Origin: Raillietiella orientalis
Taxonomy: Eukaryota
NCBI GenBank assembly: GCA_036172245.1
Contig: JAYWIR010000054.1
Coordinates: 310,001-374,000, forward strand
DNA: 64,000 nucleotides
Reading direction: 5' to 3'
A program made the position numbers and the translations under genes. The notes beneath the pieces are model-generated. The model was not told the origin of the DNA, made no database searches, and saw nothing but the letters and a program-made list of their open reading frames with translations. Shown here in pieces: positions 12,076 through 25,500 of this stretch (position 1 is its first letter; every line of letters begins with the position of its first letter).

Positions 12076-13090
12076 CGCGTTGCCTGGAGACCGCGGCAGA
12101 CCAGCTTCCGCGCGTCTTCCAGGTAGCGCCCACGGCCGCCCGAAAGAGGGACGCTCGCCTTGAGACGCGAGCATCTGAAGGGGCAAGTCTCGAGGAACAA
12201 CCCCGTATGAGCGACGCCCGACAGGAAAGGGGGGGGAGTTCACATCGCGCGCAGGAAGCGAACCGCGTCTCCAGCCGCCGAGCAACGTCCTCGAGCGAAA
12301 TGCAGCAAAACGCGTCGGACGAGCGCAGCCCACGACCGCTGCCCCGGGTCTCCCCTACCCGCGTTCCCTGTACTTCCCGCAACGCGAGCGCACGCTCAAC
12401 GGACCTTCTCCCGGGCACCCCGGGGCATCTATTTATAGAAAGGCCAACGCCCTTCGCGGAATGGAGAGCGCCAACCCCACCGCCGCCGGAGAGCACAGGT
12501 TTAGCCGGGATGCCGGCGCGCGGACCGAGGAAGGTCTCCCCGGCAACGGAGGAGAGCGGGTCGGGCGGAGGAGAACCTCTGGGGCGCCACGCCGCATCGC
12601 CCACACCCTTTCGAGGACACCAGCGGGTCGCGCAGTACGCGGTCCAGGCGGGGTCGCCCTCCCGCCGCGCGCCGCGAGCAGAGCGGGAAGTGGACGGCGT
12701 CCCTCCCGTCCAGGGGCCTCTTCCGTCAGAGTCCTCTGCAGGCAACAAGGAGAGGCGGCGGGGCGTTCCGCGGGAAGAGGCGCTGCCAAGCGCACCTGGA
12801 GTTGCGCCAGACGAGGCGCAGAGGGGCGCCGCCAGACAATTCCCTGGGACCCTCCGGGGTTCTCCTGGGAATCGAGGAGCCCTTCGGGGCTGCCCCTGCG
12901 GCTGTGAAAGTGAAGCCGTCCCCTTTCCCCCTCGGAAGGTGACCCTCCATCTCGTATCCCGGAGCTAGCGGGTCGGTGCCTCCTCCAGAGCGTGAAGAAG
13001 CGCTCTGCTCCCTTCGGGAGGGACCCTTCCGAGAAAATCGGGAAGCGTCCCTTCAGGGTCCTCTTCAGGGGAGGGAGCCAGGAGGCACCC
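12076..13090 (+). mobile_element. Element C: GC-rich 5' half joined to a family D body; left arm of a large inverted repeat
   Basis: Near-identical reverse-complement match to 18200-18686 plus 19523-20060. Confidence 0.85.
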
Positions 13091-13359
13091 CCTTGAAGAC
13101 TCCCTCAGGGCAAGAAATTTCGAGAGTTCTGGGCGTGAGTTGCGCTGATTTGAAGTCGGGGAGTTTCGTTCAGACTTCCTGCTTTCATTTTCCATCTCTT
13201 TGTTTTCTCTCTTCCTTTTCCTCTTCCGAAGCGTCTGCTGGTTTCTCATCGGTCCGCTCTGCCGCCCTCGGAACGGAGCGAATTTATGGATGCTCCTCCT
13301 AGGCGGACTGCAGATGCAGGGCGTTCGAAGAGGAGCGCCTAGGAAATACAAAGAAGGGA

Positions 13360-13560
13360 CGCCAAGGCGGAAGAAAGAAAGGAAAAGGAGAGGAGGAAGA
13401 GAGGAGGAGGGGGAAGGGAGGAAGAGGGGAGGAAGGGAGGAATGGGAGAAGAAGGGAGGAGGAGGAGGAAGAGAGGAAGAAGAGGGGAGGAAGGGAGGTG
13501 GAAAGGGAGAAGAAGGGAAGAGGAGAGGAGGAAAAGAGGAAAAGAGGAAAAAGGGAGGGG
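13360..13560 (+). repeat. Purine (GA)-rich low-complexity tract
   Basis: Almost pure G/A (ggaagaggaggagg...). Confidence 0.9.
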
Positions 13561-15372
13561 CGTATTTCAAGCCAGAGTAGGGATTGCCGACGACCGCTTC
13601 GACAGCTTTCGGCGTGCTTCGTGGAGATCGTCACCGCGTATTTCAGGACGAAGAAGGAGGCGGCTCTGCCGCATTCTTCTCGACGTCCCGACTGTAAATA
13701 AAAACGTCCGTCGCTTCCTAATTGAAATTTAGGCTTCCGGCTAAAAGGAGGAGGAGAAGGGGGGGGAGATGAGTTCTCGAAGATCCACTGCATGATACAT
13801 AGTGCGATTACGAGGGACCCATCGAAGATTCACCCCAGATCGTATCTGAGGTTTTCGGAAACTGCGGTGCGCGCGTCCGAAGGCAAAATGGCGACGGACC
13901 GAACTTGGAAGATCCATCAAGCGGCTTCGCGGTTCTCGCGGGGGAGTTCCGATGGGCATTTAGCTGTCAGAGCAAGCCGCGAACCATCATAAATCTTCGG
14001 GAGCTCCGCGGAGGACAAGGCGATCGTCCGAGGTGGTCGAGGTCCATCTCCCGCGATGGGGCGGGAGGAGTTCGTCCTGGCGGACCGCTACCAGGCGAGT
14101 GCGGGGAGGCGGGCGGGTGGGATGCCGGTGCGACTTTTCCTTTGAGGATGCGCGCGCGCGCATAGGGCTCAGAGACCTCGCCTCCCGAAGACGAAGGCGG
14201 GAGGAGGCGGAAGGTTCCCCTGGACGCAACAGTCTGGCGTCCGCAGGCTTGCAAGTCCGCCGACGGCCGATCGAGCGCCGCTTCCCTGAGCCCCCCGACA
14301 CATGCATCGTCATAAGCGCGCTTCATCCTCGCACGAGTTTTTTTTTCCCAGCGTGAAAGGGCAGTTCTTTGATGTTCCCGTCAAGAGTTGCCATTTTGTT
14401 TTATTTAATTTAATTTAATTTTTTTTTTTTTGGCATGAAGCACTATCTGATGACAGTCCGCTTAATGCGCGGGAGGTTCCAGCTGTTCCTTTTTATGGGC
14501 TGACTCACTTTCCAAGCTGGCGGCGGCACCTGGCTCACGAGTCACCTTCACTTCGCAGTCATCTCTCAGGTGTTGGCAATTTTTTCCCTTTTGGCTTTCC
14601 TGCCCCTTCGATAAAGCGAAAATTTTTCGGGGATGGGAAAACCGTTGCGTCAGACAGGGGCGTTGCTTCTTACGCGCGCGCATGCCCACCGGACAGCGAT
14701 GGAGGCGCCATGCAGAGGAACTTCTGGGTCGTGCCACCGGAAGGTGGGGCAGGGAAGGCTGCGCCGTCGGTATCGGGGGTCCCTCTGCTTGGAGTCCAGG
14801 AGCACGGGCGTCCCCTGGAGACGAAAGGGGGGAGGGAGCTGCATTCCAATTCCCTCTCGGTGCCGAGTCCTGGAGGCGCGCGGAACCTCCAAGTTCCAGG
14901 CAATGGACGCTTCACAGGCGGGTGATTGCCAGGAACGGCTGACCGAGAACGGTAAGACCATGGTCTGAAAGCTCCTGAGATGACCACCACAATCCGTGTG
15001 ATTTCTCAGGACCTGGTCTTTGTCCGCGTCGGGGAGAGCGAGCCCGGCAACGAAGGCGATGCAGGCTCTCTTCGCGAGGAGGAACGGTCGCCCTGAGCTC
15101 TTTGCACGAAGAACGCATCTTCCGCCATCAATTGTAAGAGGTCCTCAGCGGTCCAGCCCCTCATGCGGTCGAGCTTGACCATTAATTCGACGGAGACAGG
15201 TGCTCTGCACCCGACCGCCGATCATAGCGGACCTGAAGACCTGCATGTGATACTGGAGACTGGGAATTTCCGGGCGATAGGAAGGACAGGATAACACACG
15301 GAACCGAACGCCGGTGCAGACTTAGCTGAAATCCTGCAGGTTTCTACCCGGTGGCGGTGAATGGTCATGGTA

Positions 15373-15386
15373 GTTGCCCTGGCAAC
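15373..15386. promoter_or_regulatory. RFX X-box consensus match
   Basis: gttgccctggcaac is a near-palindromic X-box match; there is no evidence of function. Confidence 0.2.
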
Positions 15387-15439
15387 GATACCAAGAGCGC
15401 CTCCGCTGCTTCCCACCCTCTCCCCCACCATGCCCATTC

Positions 15440-15600
15440 CCGAAGGACCCCACTCTCGGAAACACGTGCTCTTTTTCCCTCCCGTGCCACGCCGCCCCAC
15501 CCCTCCACGACGACGGCGACGACAAGAACAACGACAACAAAAAGAAGAACAAACGATGACGTCATCGACGAAGACAACGAGGGTGGCGCAGGCCGGCGAT
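15440..15600 (+). repeat. Direct repeat with (GAC/AAC)n core, copy 1
   Basis: ctctcggaa.cacgtgctc...gacgacaa...acgatgacgtca is shared with 16567-16725. Confidence 0.75.
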
Positions 15601-16566
15601 CACTCGCAGAAAAGCAGCGCCACCAGAGGTGGCGGCGTGAGAGGAGGGGAGGGGCGGAGCTCCACTCTTCTATCGCTTCCGCTAGCTGTTCCTCGATTTC
15701 GTGGTCGCGCAATCCGAGTACTTGACCTTCCCGGCAGCGATAGATGTTCGGAAACACCTTGGCCTCGGGCAGCAAAGACGAAGAACTGCCTCAGACGACG
15801 GAATCGGCATTACCAGCTATGCATTCCATTTATTACTTGGATCCCCAGCGTTGCAGCATCGTTTGAGCTCTCGTATCTGACGGGTGCACGTTCCTCGCTC
15901 CAGAGAACGGCAAGGCCACATCCCAGGTCGACCATGAATCCGGTTCCGTCGCCCTTTTTCCAACCAAGAGGATGCTGCTGAAGAAGTGACAGCAGTTAGA
16001 TGGTTGCAGGAGCAGAGAGGCAAAACCCCAAAAGCTGTTGCCGGCGCCCCAATTCTGGGACTTTTGGTAACGTCCCAAAATTCGAAGAGGAAGAGCATAT
16101 TCTCGAAAGGATCGGGAAGACGGATGGGCAGACTCTCGGATGCTGTTATCTGTGGAAGGGCCAAAGCAGAATCGCAGATTCGGCATCTTATCACTCGGTA
16201 CTGGACGTGTGAGGAGATGAGGATGCGATACCGTAGCGGATTGGGAAGGTGCTGAAGAGGAGGCTGATCAAGAAATCCGCTTCGAGGTGGAGGTTCCCTG
16301 CATCGGAAACCAGGGATCACCGGAAGAACGCACCGAAGAATGGTCTTTGGAAGCGCCGAGAGCGCAGAGGGACGGGTTCTAGCGAGATTCTTCGCTCCGC
16401 AAGCCACGAGTGAACCTGCTGACGTCAAAGCCACCCTCCCTGCCTCCCGCACAAGGAAAGATATTGAGGAAGGAGGAAACGAAGGAAGTGCAGATACTGA
16501 CACAGTGAGACGCTTCTTACATCCCCTTTGCTTGAATCCGCCTCCACCACCCCGCCCAGAGGGATG

Positions 16567-16725
16567 CCCGACGGATCCACTCTCTCGGAAGCACGTGCTC
16601 CCTTTCTCTCCAGTACAAAGTCGTTCCCGCCTCTCTGCGACGACGATGACGACAACAACAACAACAAAATGAAGAACAAGAACAGCAGCAACGATGACGT
16701 CAACGACGACTGTGGTGCGGCCGGC
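16567..16725 (+). repeat. Direct repeat with (GAC/AAC)n core, copy 2
   Basis: Colinear with 15440-15600. Confidence 0.75.
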
Positions 16726-17965
16726 AGCATGCCTCCTCGCCCCGCCCTCCAAAGCCGCGCGCGCGGTACGTATGAACCACTTGATGGCTCTCGAGGGCGA
16801 CATCATTTGACCGCTCGCGGCCCGGAACAAAAATGGGTCGACCTGCCTAATGGGTGAGGAAGGGGACGCCGGAAAGGGGAACGCTTGCGGTCCCTTTGTA
16901 CTGATCCGCGGGCGCAGGCGCAGGCATGTTCGAACCGGGTGTGGGGGGAAGCGGTGCGGAGGAAGGGACGACGAAAATCCGCCTGGACTCCTCCGGTGTT
17001 CGAAAGCACAAATCACAGATCATCATCAGCAGCATCCTCATCGGGAAACGAACGGGATTTCCTCTCTCTCATCGCAGTCGATGACCCTCTCATCTCACCG
17101 GTTAACCCGTGGGCGAAGAATTTGCAGCCGCTCGCGGGAGGCGAACCTCGGCGCCGCATTTCGCGTTGGTGGAATGAAACGCAGGTCGGGACGTTGGCGG
17201 AAAAAGACGAGAGAAAGAGGGTGCAAGAGGAAGATGAGGAGATGATGGTGAAGAAGAAGAAAGCCAGCAAGATGCTCTGCTCCAGCTGCTCTCTGGTAGA
17301 CCTTCATGCTGCTCGCGCGTTCCCTCGACTTCCGAAGACCAGAGTTCGTTCGCGGCGGCAGTGCTTCATGGAGAGAGAGAGAGACGCGTCCTCCGACACC
17401 TTCCCGGTCGGGTCGGAGAGGAGGAAGATCGCCTGAGGCGACACGGGTCCGACGAAGCAGCTCGTAAAAACTACAGGGCGCGTTCCGATCGCGAACCGCC
17501 GCCGCCGAGCTTGCTCGGAACTCGTCATCCCGTTCGGTGCCACCCCCCGGAGATGTTTGGATCAGCGACAGCAATCGAAGGAAGTAGTTGCTTGGAAACG
17601 GCACCCTCGGAGCTGAATGAACTCATCCGGAAGATTGATTCAGAGACTCGAAGCGCGCGCGCGCGCCTCGGGCGCGCCCCGGGCGCACATTTCCACCGAC
17701 CGCGCGTCCCGTTCACACGCTGCGGGAGAACGGCTCTGCGTCCTCCTGAACGCAGAGCCGCCCACGCGTGTGAACGGGACGCACGGACAGCTCCGACCTC
17801 CTCCTCTTGGACGGCGACCCGGCCGTCCCCTGCCGCGCATCGGAACACTCCACAGTGAGGTCCCTCGCGCGTGGGAGGAAATTCCTGCTGGCCGCGGGAC
17901 TACCCTCGCGTTCTTCCGATCCCCCAGCCGCTGCGGAAGAGACCACGGGAGCTGCGCCGCGACAC

Positions 17966-20060
17966 TTTGCTTCCCCTTGGCTCGCCAGGCGCTCTACAAC
18001 CGTTGCCTGACAGCTCGCGAGGCTCCTCAACGCTGTCCGTGCCACTCGAGAGGACGCGCAACTCCTCAAGATATAGGGGAGCCCCCCTCATGAATCCGAG
18101 AAGGGATCCACAGGAAGCAGCGTCCGTTCCTCTGCCGCTTGGGAGGGAGTCCCGAGGGAATTCCTCATTCACCAATGAGGTACCTCCCGGAAAGGATCCG
18201 CCCCCTTGGTCTCCTCCCTTGAAGAGGACCCCGAAGGGACACTTCCCGATTTTCTCGGAAGGGTCCCTCCCGAAGGGAGCAGAGCGCTTCTTCACGCTCT
18301 GGAGGAGGCACCGACCCGCTAGCTCCGGGATACGAGATGGAGGGTCACCTTCCGAGGGGGAAAGGGGACGGCTTCACTTTCACAGCCGCAGGGGCAGCCC
18401 CGAAGGGCTCCTCGATTCCCAGGAGAACCCCGGAGGGTCCCAGGGAATTGTCTGGCGGCGCCCCTCTGCGCCTCGTCTGGCGCAACTCCAGGTGCGCTTG
18501 GCAGCGCCTCTTCCCGCGGAACGCCCCGCCGCCTCTCCTTGTTGCCTGCAGAGGACTCTGACGGAAGAGGCCCCTGGACGGGAGGGACGCCGTCCACTTC
18601 CCGCTCTGCTCGCGGCGCGCGGCGGGAGGGCGACCCCGCCTGAACCGCGTACCGCGCGACCCGCTGGCGTCCTCGAAAGGGTGTGGAACAAGGTGGTTGG
18701 ACAACGGGCCAGCTGACTGATGCTGTGATCCCAAGTGCCCCACCGAGAGGACTATTGCGCTGGGTCAAGCTGCTGAGCATGCCGATGGATGTACTCGAGT
18801 GGACCCCAGTGCTGAAGAATACCCGGGCCCTCCCCCTGAAGTGGCAGGAGTCGGCGTTTCTGGTGTTGCACTGGGGACTCTCCAGCAACGCCCGCCGATC
18901 TCACTGGAGAGGGGGGCTGTGGACCCGAACTGTGTCAGGTGCGGGGAACGGGAATCCCTCCCGCACCTGCTTCTTGACTGTGTTGACCTCCGGCCCCTGT
19001 GGTTGCATTTCACATCAGCCCTTGGTGCAACCATGAACAGCCCCAGCGACGTATTTAAGCGCCTCTTTGTGCGCGACGCCCTTTCGCCTGTGGCAGCCCT
19101 AGCAGCCCTCTGCTGCCTACGAGGGATTGTGGGGGCCTGGAGCACCTCCACTGGTGGACCGAACGATAGGGACGCCATTGGCTCCGCCCTGCGCTTCCCG
19201 AGGACGGCAGTCGGATGGTCCGTTCTGGGACGTATGCGGACTGAACTTGCCGGCATCCTGGGAAGGATGTAGGGGACGACCCCAGCGGAAAGTGATCCCC
19301 TTCCCCTTCCCCGCCCTGCTTTATTAAATGGTGTTTTCTTTTTTTTTGTTTTTATTTGTCCCTTCCCCCTCCGCTGCAGGGTGGAACTCGCCGGCCTGCG
19401 GGCTGCCTACTCGACAAGTTCAGAGTTTTTATCGGACGCTGTAGGGACAATGGCCCTACAAATGCTTGTTTGTTTTTTACAGAAAAATAAACGCCCCGGC
19501 GCACCCGGGTATGAAAGAAAGGAAGGGTGTGGGCAATGTGGCGTGGTGCTTCCGAGGTTCTCCTCCGCCCGACCCGCTCTCCTCCGTTGCCGGGGAGACC
19601 TTCCTCGGTCCGCGCGCCGGCATCCCGGCTAGTCCTGTGCTCTCCGGCGGCGGTGGGGCTGGCGCTCTCCCTTCCGCGAAGGGCGCTGGCCTTTCTATAA
19701 ATAGACGCCCCGGGGCGCCCGGGAGGAGATCCGTTGGGCGTGCGCTCGCGTTGCGGAAAGCGCAGGGAACGCGGGGTAGGGGAGACCCGGGGCAGCAGTT
19801 GTGGGCTGCGCTCGTCCGACGCGTTTTGCTGCATTTCTCTCGAGGGCGTTGCTCGGCGGCTGGAGACACGCGGTTCGCTTCCTGCGCGCGATGTGAACTC
19901 CCCCCCCTTTCCCGTCGGGCGTCGCTCACACGGGGTTGTTCCTCGAGACTTGCCCCCTCGGATACTCGCGTCTCAAGGCGAGCGTTCCTCTTTCGGGCGG
20001 CCGTGGGCGCTACCTGGAAGACGCGTGGAAGCTGGTCTGCCGCGGTCTCCATGGAACGCG
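17966..20060 (-). mobile_element. Element C/D second copy, split by a LINE insertion at 18687-19522
   Basis: Reverse complement of 12076-13090; continues into the family D 3' part down to ~17966. Confidence 0.85.
18687..19522 (+). mobile_element. 5'-truncated L1/Tx1-like insertion with 10-bp TSD
   Basis: LPLKWQESAFLVLHWGL, DPNCVRCGERESLPHLLLDCVDLRPLW; TSD aagggtgtgg at 18677-18686 and 19523-19532; the empty site is visible in the paralogue at ~12601-12610. Confidence 0.92.
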
Positions 20061-20469
20061 GGGTCTCAGGATGGTTCGTCCCCTTCTCACGCAATCTTTC
20101 GGCAATTTCAATGTTGTCCTTTGCTCGGTGCACTTCCGGAGGATGTTCTTTCCCCTACTGAATGGACCGGAACTGCCTGGATGCAGCGCTCGCGCTGGTT
20201 CGCCTTTCCCAGCGCGCTTCCCTACCGGGACGCTCTGTAGATCCTGCTTCCGCATGACGTCCCGACTCGGGGCAATCCGCTCGGGCGGTCTTTCAGAGGA
20301 TGGAGCATCGGAGCGACGCCTCGTGCCTCGGGGGGATGGGGACCCTGGCAGTCCGCCCTTTGGTTCCCGCAGGCGCCTCCGTGAACCGTCCGATGTCGAT
20401 CCACGCAGTCTGAGGTCGTGCTGCACTGTTCCCGTTTCCTTGTTTTCTCCCCGGAGAGGATCGGCTCTC

Positions 20470-20660
20470 TGAATTTCTCCCCCGAAAAGAACCACGAAGG
20501 GACGCTTCCAGACTCCTCTGAAGGGAACTGCGCACTTCTTGGCACTCTCTGGAGAGGTCCAGCAGGTGCATGGAAGGAGATGGACGTGCCATCTGCACAG
20601 CCGGAGGGGGAATCCCGAGGGAACCGGTTGCCAGATTCCTGGAGCGGTCCCAGCCAGAAG
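20470..20660 (-). mobile_element. Family D fragment
   Basis: gaaccacgaagggacgcttcc...ctctggagagg aligns to 290-450 and 18225-18430. Confidence 0.55.
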
Positions 20661-21249
20661 GTGGGCGTCCAATAGTGCCGCGCCCGAAGCTCAGAGGCCA
20701 ATCAGCGCCATCCCGCGGGGGAAGCTCGAAGCCCACGACGATCCTTCGTTTCTCGGCGCTGGTCCTCCCTCCGGGCGGAATTCAAACCTGGGACGCCTAG
20801 TGAGGCCGCCAACTCGGGTTCTTTGAGCGTCGGCGGTGATTCCTCGTGGGTGAGGGAGTCCACGCCCGCGCACGGGGAGAGGCGAGACAGTCAAGGGATC
20901 AGAAAGAGGTCGCTCGACGGCAAGGACCCCGCTCGGCAGCCTTTCGGTCTCCATTCCGTTCGGGCGGGCCAAGGCTGCAGCTCTCCAGAGGTTCTGCCTC
21001 GCGGTCGGAGACCTGGCGGCCGATTGACCGCCGTCGTAGGAGGACCGGATGCTGATGTGCGACTACGCGTTTCCTTGGGTTCCCTCAGAACCCTGCCGTT
21101 GTCTGGGTCCGCGAGTTTTTTTCATTTTTTTTTTTTTTTGGGGGGGGGGAGGGGCCTAGTGTCACCTGCTGCTGCTATCGAAGCGCCAAGCCGCCTCTGC
21201 AGCACGAAATGCGGCCGAAAGACCTAGCGCGTGACCTCCTCCGGGGCGA

Positions 21250-21450
21250 CAACGAAAAATGGTCCTGCCTGGGAAGATGTAGAGGGGATGCTGACCCGCA
21301 TCCTTCAGCGGATGCAGTGGATCCCCTCCCAAGCCTCCAAATCAGCGCCCTCCCGTCCACTTATCGATTTTTTTTTTTTTTTGCTCCGCTGTCCGGTCGC
21401 GGCATCTGCCCTCTAGCGGTGGAAACTCGGCAGGACCTCGGATTCCGCCA
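21250..21450 (+). mobile_element. Short L1/Tx1-like 3' tip
   Basis: KWSCLG / LTRILQRMQWIP, poly-T, then a ccgctgtc...ctcggcagg UTR motif. Confidence 0.55.
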
Positions 21451-22099
21451 GTGCCGCTCTCAAGAGACGTCTCCCGGCGTCGCTGGGCGCAAGCGCACCC
21501 ACGCTGGGACTCCCTCGGACAGCCAGTCCTCCGCGCCTGCTTTCTTCGGCGTGGTCCCGCGTCCTCCTTCGAAAGCGGGGAGTCCCCACTTCCGGACAGC
21601 CTTCGGGAGGGCGGGGGGAGTCCGAAATGGAAGCTCGACGACCACCGTCGTGCGGTGGCGAGCCCGGCTCTGGGCGACCCGCGGTCTCCGGGCAGCCGTC
21701 TCGATGCGTGCTGCCATCTCGCCGCTCCTGCCAGAGATGAGCGTTTCGACGCAGGCCGACGGGCACGCGCGCGGGTCTTCCCGTGCCTCCGAGACGCGTC
21801 TGGGTTTCCTCCCTAGTTCCCGGAGGGCGTGGTCCTCACGGGCAGCACATTTCAAGTGCTCTCCTCCTCCTTCGATCGAGAGGAAGTGCCCCGACGAGCT
21901 TTGCCGCTGCTAGAAGCCAAGCCGAGGAAGCGGCTCCGAGAGACGAGGGAGCCTAGCGAGGAAGCTGCGAGGAGCATCCAAGCGTCGCGGAGGAGGTCTC
22001 GACCTCCTGACGCTGGACCTCCCGGAGCGTTATCTCCAGTAGAGAACATTCGTCCTAGTAGCGAAGCTTTGGAGCACCAACTGGTGAGAGCCCGTACGA

Positions 22100-23240
22100 T
22101 ACCTGGTTACCGGCTACGCGGGACTGTCTTCGTTCCTGGCGCGGTGGCTCAGACGCAGCGTGTCCAGCTGCGGACTCCGGCGAGTGACCAAGCTGACCAG
22201 GACCAACAACTGGATCCCCTGCCGACACGCGAACGGCAGCATCTGGTTGCAGGAAACCGTTCGCACATGGGCCCAGAACAGGAAGCGGGCCGGAGATGCG
22301 GCAGTGATTGCTGCACCTTCTGCAGCAACCGCTCGCTGCAGACGTCATCGTGCAGCGCACCACGTATGCGTGGGCGCACAAAGATCACTAGCCGTGATAC
22401 TGCCGTGCCTCAGGGAGCACCTGGGAAGTAACCAGCTGGCCAAATGGGAGGTCAATCGCGAAACCAGTCAGTAGACGAGGGAACTAGGTGGTTGGACCAC
22501 AGGCCAGCTCACGGACGCTGCGACCCCAAATGCCGCACCGAAGGGACTACTGAGCTAGGACGAGCTGCTGAGAATCTCATAAGAAGACCTCGAGTGGCTT
22601 CCGGCACTGAAGAAGAACCAGGCACTCCCCCTAAATTGGTAGAAGTCGGCACTTCTGCTGTTGCACTGGGGTCTCCCGTGCAACGCCCATCAGTCTCACT
22701 GGACTCGGGAAGCTGTGGACCCAACCTGTTGCGGGGAACGGAGATCCTTCCCACACCTGCTCGCAGACTGTGCCATGCTGTGGTTGCGTTATGCAACGGC
22801 CCTTGGTGCACCAACGGACCATCCCAGGGACGTGATGAGCTCCTCTTTGCGCGACACCCCTTGGCCTGCCGCATCTCGAGCAGCTCTTTGCTACCTACGT
22901 GGGACTGTGGCGGCCTGGAGCTATGCGAGAGGAGGGCGGTGCGATAGGGACGCTGTCTGCTTCGTCCTGCACTTCCTGCGGGCGGCTGCTAGATGGCCCC
23001 TGGGGCATACTCTAATGAAACTTGCCGGCATCCAGGAAAGAATGCAGAGGACGCCACCCAGAGGGCAGGGATCCCTTCCTGTGCCCCGCAGTTTTTGTTT
23101 TTTTCTTATCAATTTTCATTTTATTTTTTATTTTTGTTCGCTCCTCCGCTGCCGAGACGAACTTCGCTGGCCTGTGTGCCGGTTACGCTGCAGATTCCCA
23201 ACATTTTCGGGCGATGTAGGACCGATGGCCCTACACCGGG
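22100..23240 (+). mobile_element. 5'-truncated L1/Tx1-like element
   Basis: LHWGLPCNAHQSHWTREAVDPTCCGERRSFPHLLADC...RWPLGHTLMKLAGIQERMQRTP; UTR hairpins. Confidence 0.85.
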
Positions 23241-25099
23241 TGATAGAGCGAGCGTGCGCATCCCATTATCGGGAGAGAACTTTGCGGATCCTCGCAGGCA
23301 AAGACGACACACATCTTCCCTTCACTTCCGAGGGACTTCTAGCGGCACCCTCATCAACGGGCGAGCGCCAAAGAAGCGGAGTCGGCCGGTTGCATCAGTT
23401 TTACCCGATCAGCTACGCCCCCGCACCTTCGGAATTCAGCGTGGGGCGTTCTCGCAGCAGCTAGTGGTCTGCGAGAGTCGAGTGACTCCCAGAAGACATG
23501 GAACGGAGAAAGCTCTCAAAGAAAGACCGAAGATGGAAAGGAAAAAAAGGGACCTATTGCTTAGGATGAGCTTCCGTCCGCTCGAGAGTGTCGCCGTCGC
23601 AAGGCAGGCTGCTGCTGCTTTCGCCTCCTGCGCTCTTCGAGGGGAGCGCCTTTCCCTCCCTGCGAAGATCTGAAACGCTGGAGCGCAGCTTCCGCACGCC
23701 GCCCCTTCCGCTGGAGCGACCCGCTCCGGGAGCGCGACCCGTCGGCGCGGAGGAGCAGAGTCGGGTTCCGCTTCGGCTCCGGCAGGCGTCGCCACCGCCC
23801 GGAGCCCGAAACGGGCATCATCCTTCATCCTCGGTCGCCTGGAGAAAGCACAGCGAAGGTGGTGCACCATCTGAAGCTGCGAAAGAAGATCCGGAATTCT
23901 ACTTCCGGCCATTCCCAAGAGACAATTCTCATGGACGCGCGTGCGAGCCCCGGACGGCCCACAGGCTTGCCAGGGAGAAGGCGGCGGCAAGTGAATACAT
24001 AAGAAATAAATAGACAGAGGAAAGGGGGTCGGAACGCTCGGTTTCTGCAGCAACCCGGTGGCTATTACGGTTCCGCAAAAGCGCTCATTCATTCCTCTGT
24101 GAGGAAGAGGGATCAACTCAACCGACCCCGCCCGCATGAAGGAGAGATGCAGAAGGCTTAGCGGACTCGCTGGAGCGGCCCTAGGCCACCTAGCACGTCA
24201 GCATCGTGCCGCCGAGGACCCTCGCCCACTGGTAGGAAGAGTCCTCTGCAAAGAGCGAAGAAGTTTCCCCTCTGCGTGCAGCGGGGAGGCTGCTGGGAGT
24301 AGTCGCTGCTTTCTGAAAGAGAGCCTCGGTCCAGCGACGGGTAAAGGGACCTCTTCGGTTTCCTCGATCTCCGCTCGTTCCAGAGGCGACTTGCGACAGC
24401 CAATGGTGCCTTGGGCCGCCGCTGATCTTCCGAGGGGCGTCTCCGGGAGGTGGCCCGCCGCCGCTCACATCCGGGACGCACCGGGAACGCCAAGGGTTGC
24501 GTGGCAGTTCGCCTTTCTCGTGATGAGGAGGTGCGGTGAGTTGGCCCCATCTGCGGCAAGGAGTGGAAGGGGGACCCCTTTCCCATTCCTTCTTCCTCCC
24601 GCTCTCTCTCGCAGACGAGCTGAGGGTCGAAGGTCAGCTGGAATGCCAAAAATTTGCCGGCGTCCACCACCTCGCTCGGCTGACGAAGAACGACAGGGGT
24701 CAACTGAGGGTGCGCATCTGCTTCGGGAAGGGGTCGTCCGGACTACACCCGAGCGGATCCTCCTCAATGACTGCCCTCTTCCTCCGCCTCCGCAGGGATG
24801 GGAGGCTGCGCGTCGGTGGGGAGATCGTCAACGTCATCGGGAGGAAGGGATGCAGGGCATGTTCCCGGAGCAGACCACACTGTCCTGTCCACTGCGTGGA
24901 TCTGGTCTTGGCCCATCCCTCTCCGTGCGTTGCCCTGGTCTTCGATAAAGGCCCCGAACGCAAGACCTTGAGCCGCACCAATCCTCGTTAGGCGTTACTC
25001 GTTACTTCGCCAAGGGGCATCTGTGAGGACCATCCTCCCCTCTGAACATTTCGTGGACAGCGTCCAGCTCAAGGAAGGAGGCAAGATCCTGCTGCCCCT

Positions 25100-25500
25100 T
25101 TTAGTGGCTCGTTAAGTACTAAAGAAGCTTCCTTGGGAGGAGGGTCACATAGCTCTTTAGAGCTGTCCACGCTACCAGAGGGTGCGTGTGACTATTCAAG
25201 AGAGTTATAGGGGGTGACCCCGAAGGGACCACCGTATGGATCCAGGAAGACTCCTGAGGAAAGCGTCCGTCCTTCTTACGCTTGGGAGGGAAACCCCGAA
25301 GGGATCCTCTTCCTTATTCCCTCCAAGGTGACCCCACGAAAGGGAGCTAATTCCTCTTTTCTTCTCCGGAGGGAACCCCTGCAAGGGAACCGCACCTTTT
25401 TTGCTCCTCTGAAGGAAACCCCGAAGGACGTATCCAAACCGTTCTCGATGGAGGGAGTTAGAAGGAGATCACCTATATTCCCTCGAGGAATCCTGCATCC
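25100..25500 (-). mobile_element. Family D fragment including its 3' end
   Basis: ctcgttaagtact...gagggtgcgtg...tatggatccaggaag...cgcttgggaggg; colinear with 37690-38130. Confidence 0.7.

Noticed and set aside
12036..12968. 310-aa ORF in element C and many other 150-400-aa GC-rich ORFs
   Set aside because: Low-complexity R/P/G/S composition, overlapping ORFs in several frames, frameshifts between the two paralogous copies and no recognisable domains. These are expected by chance at this GC content.
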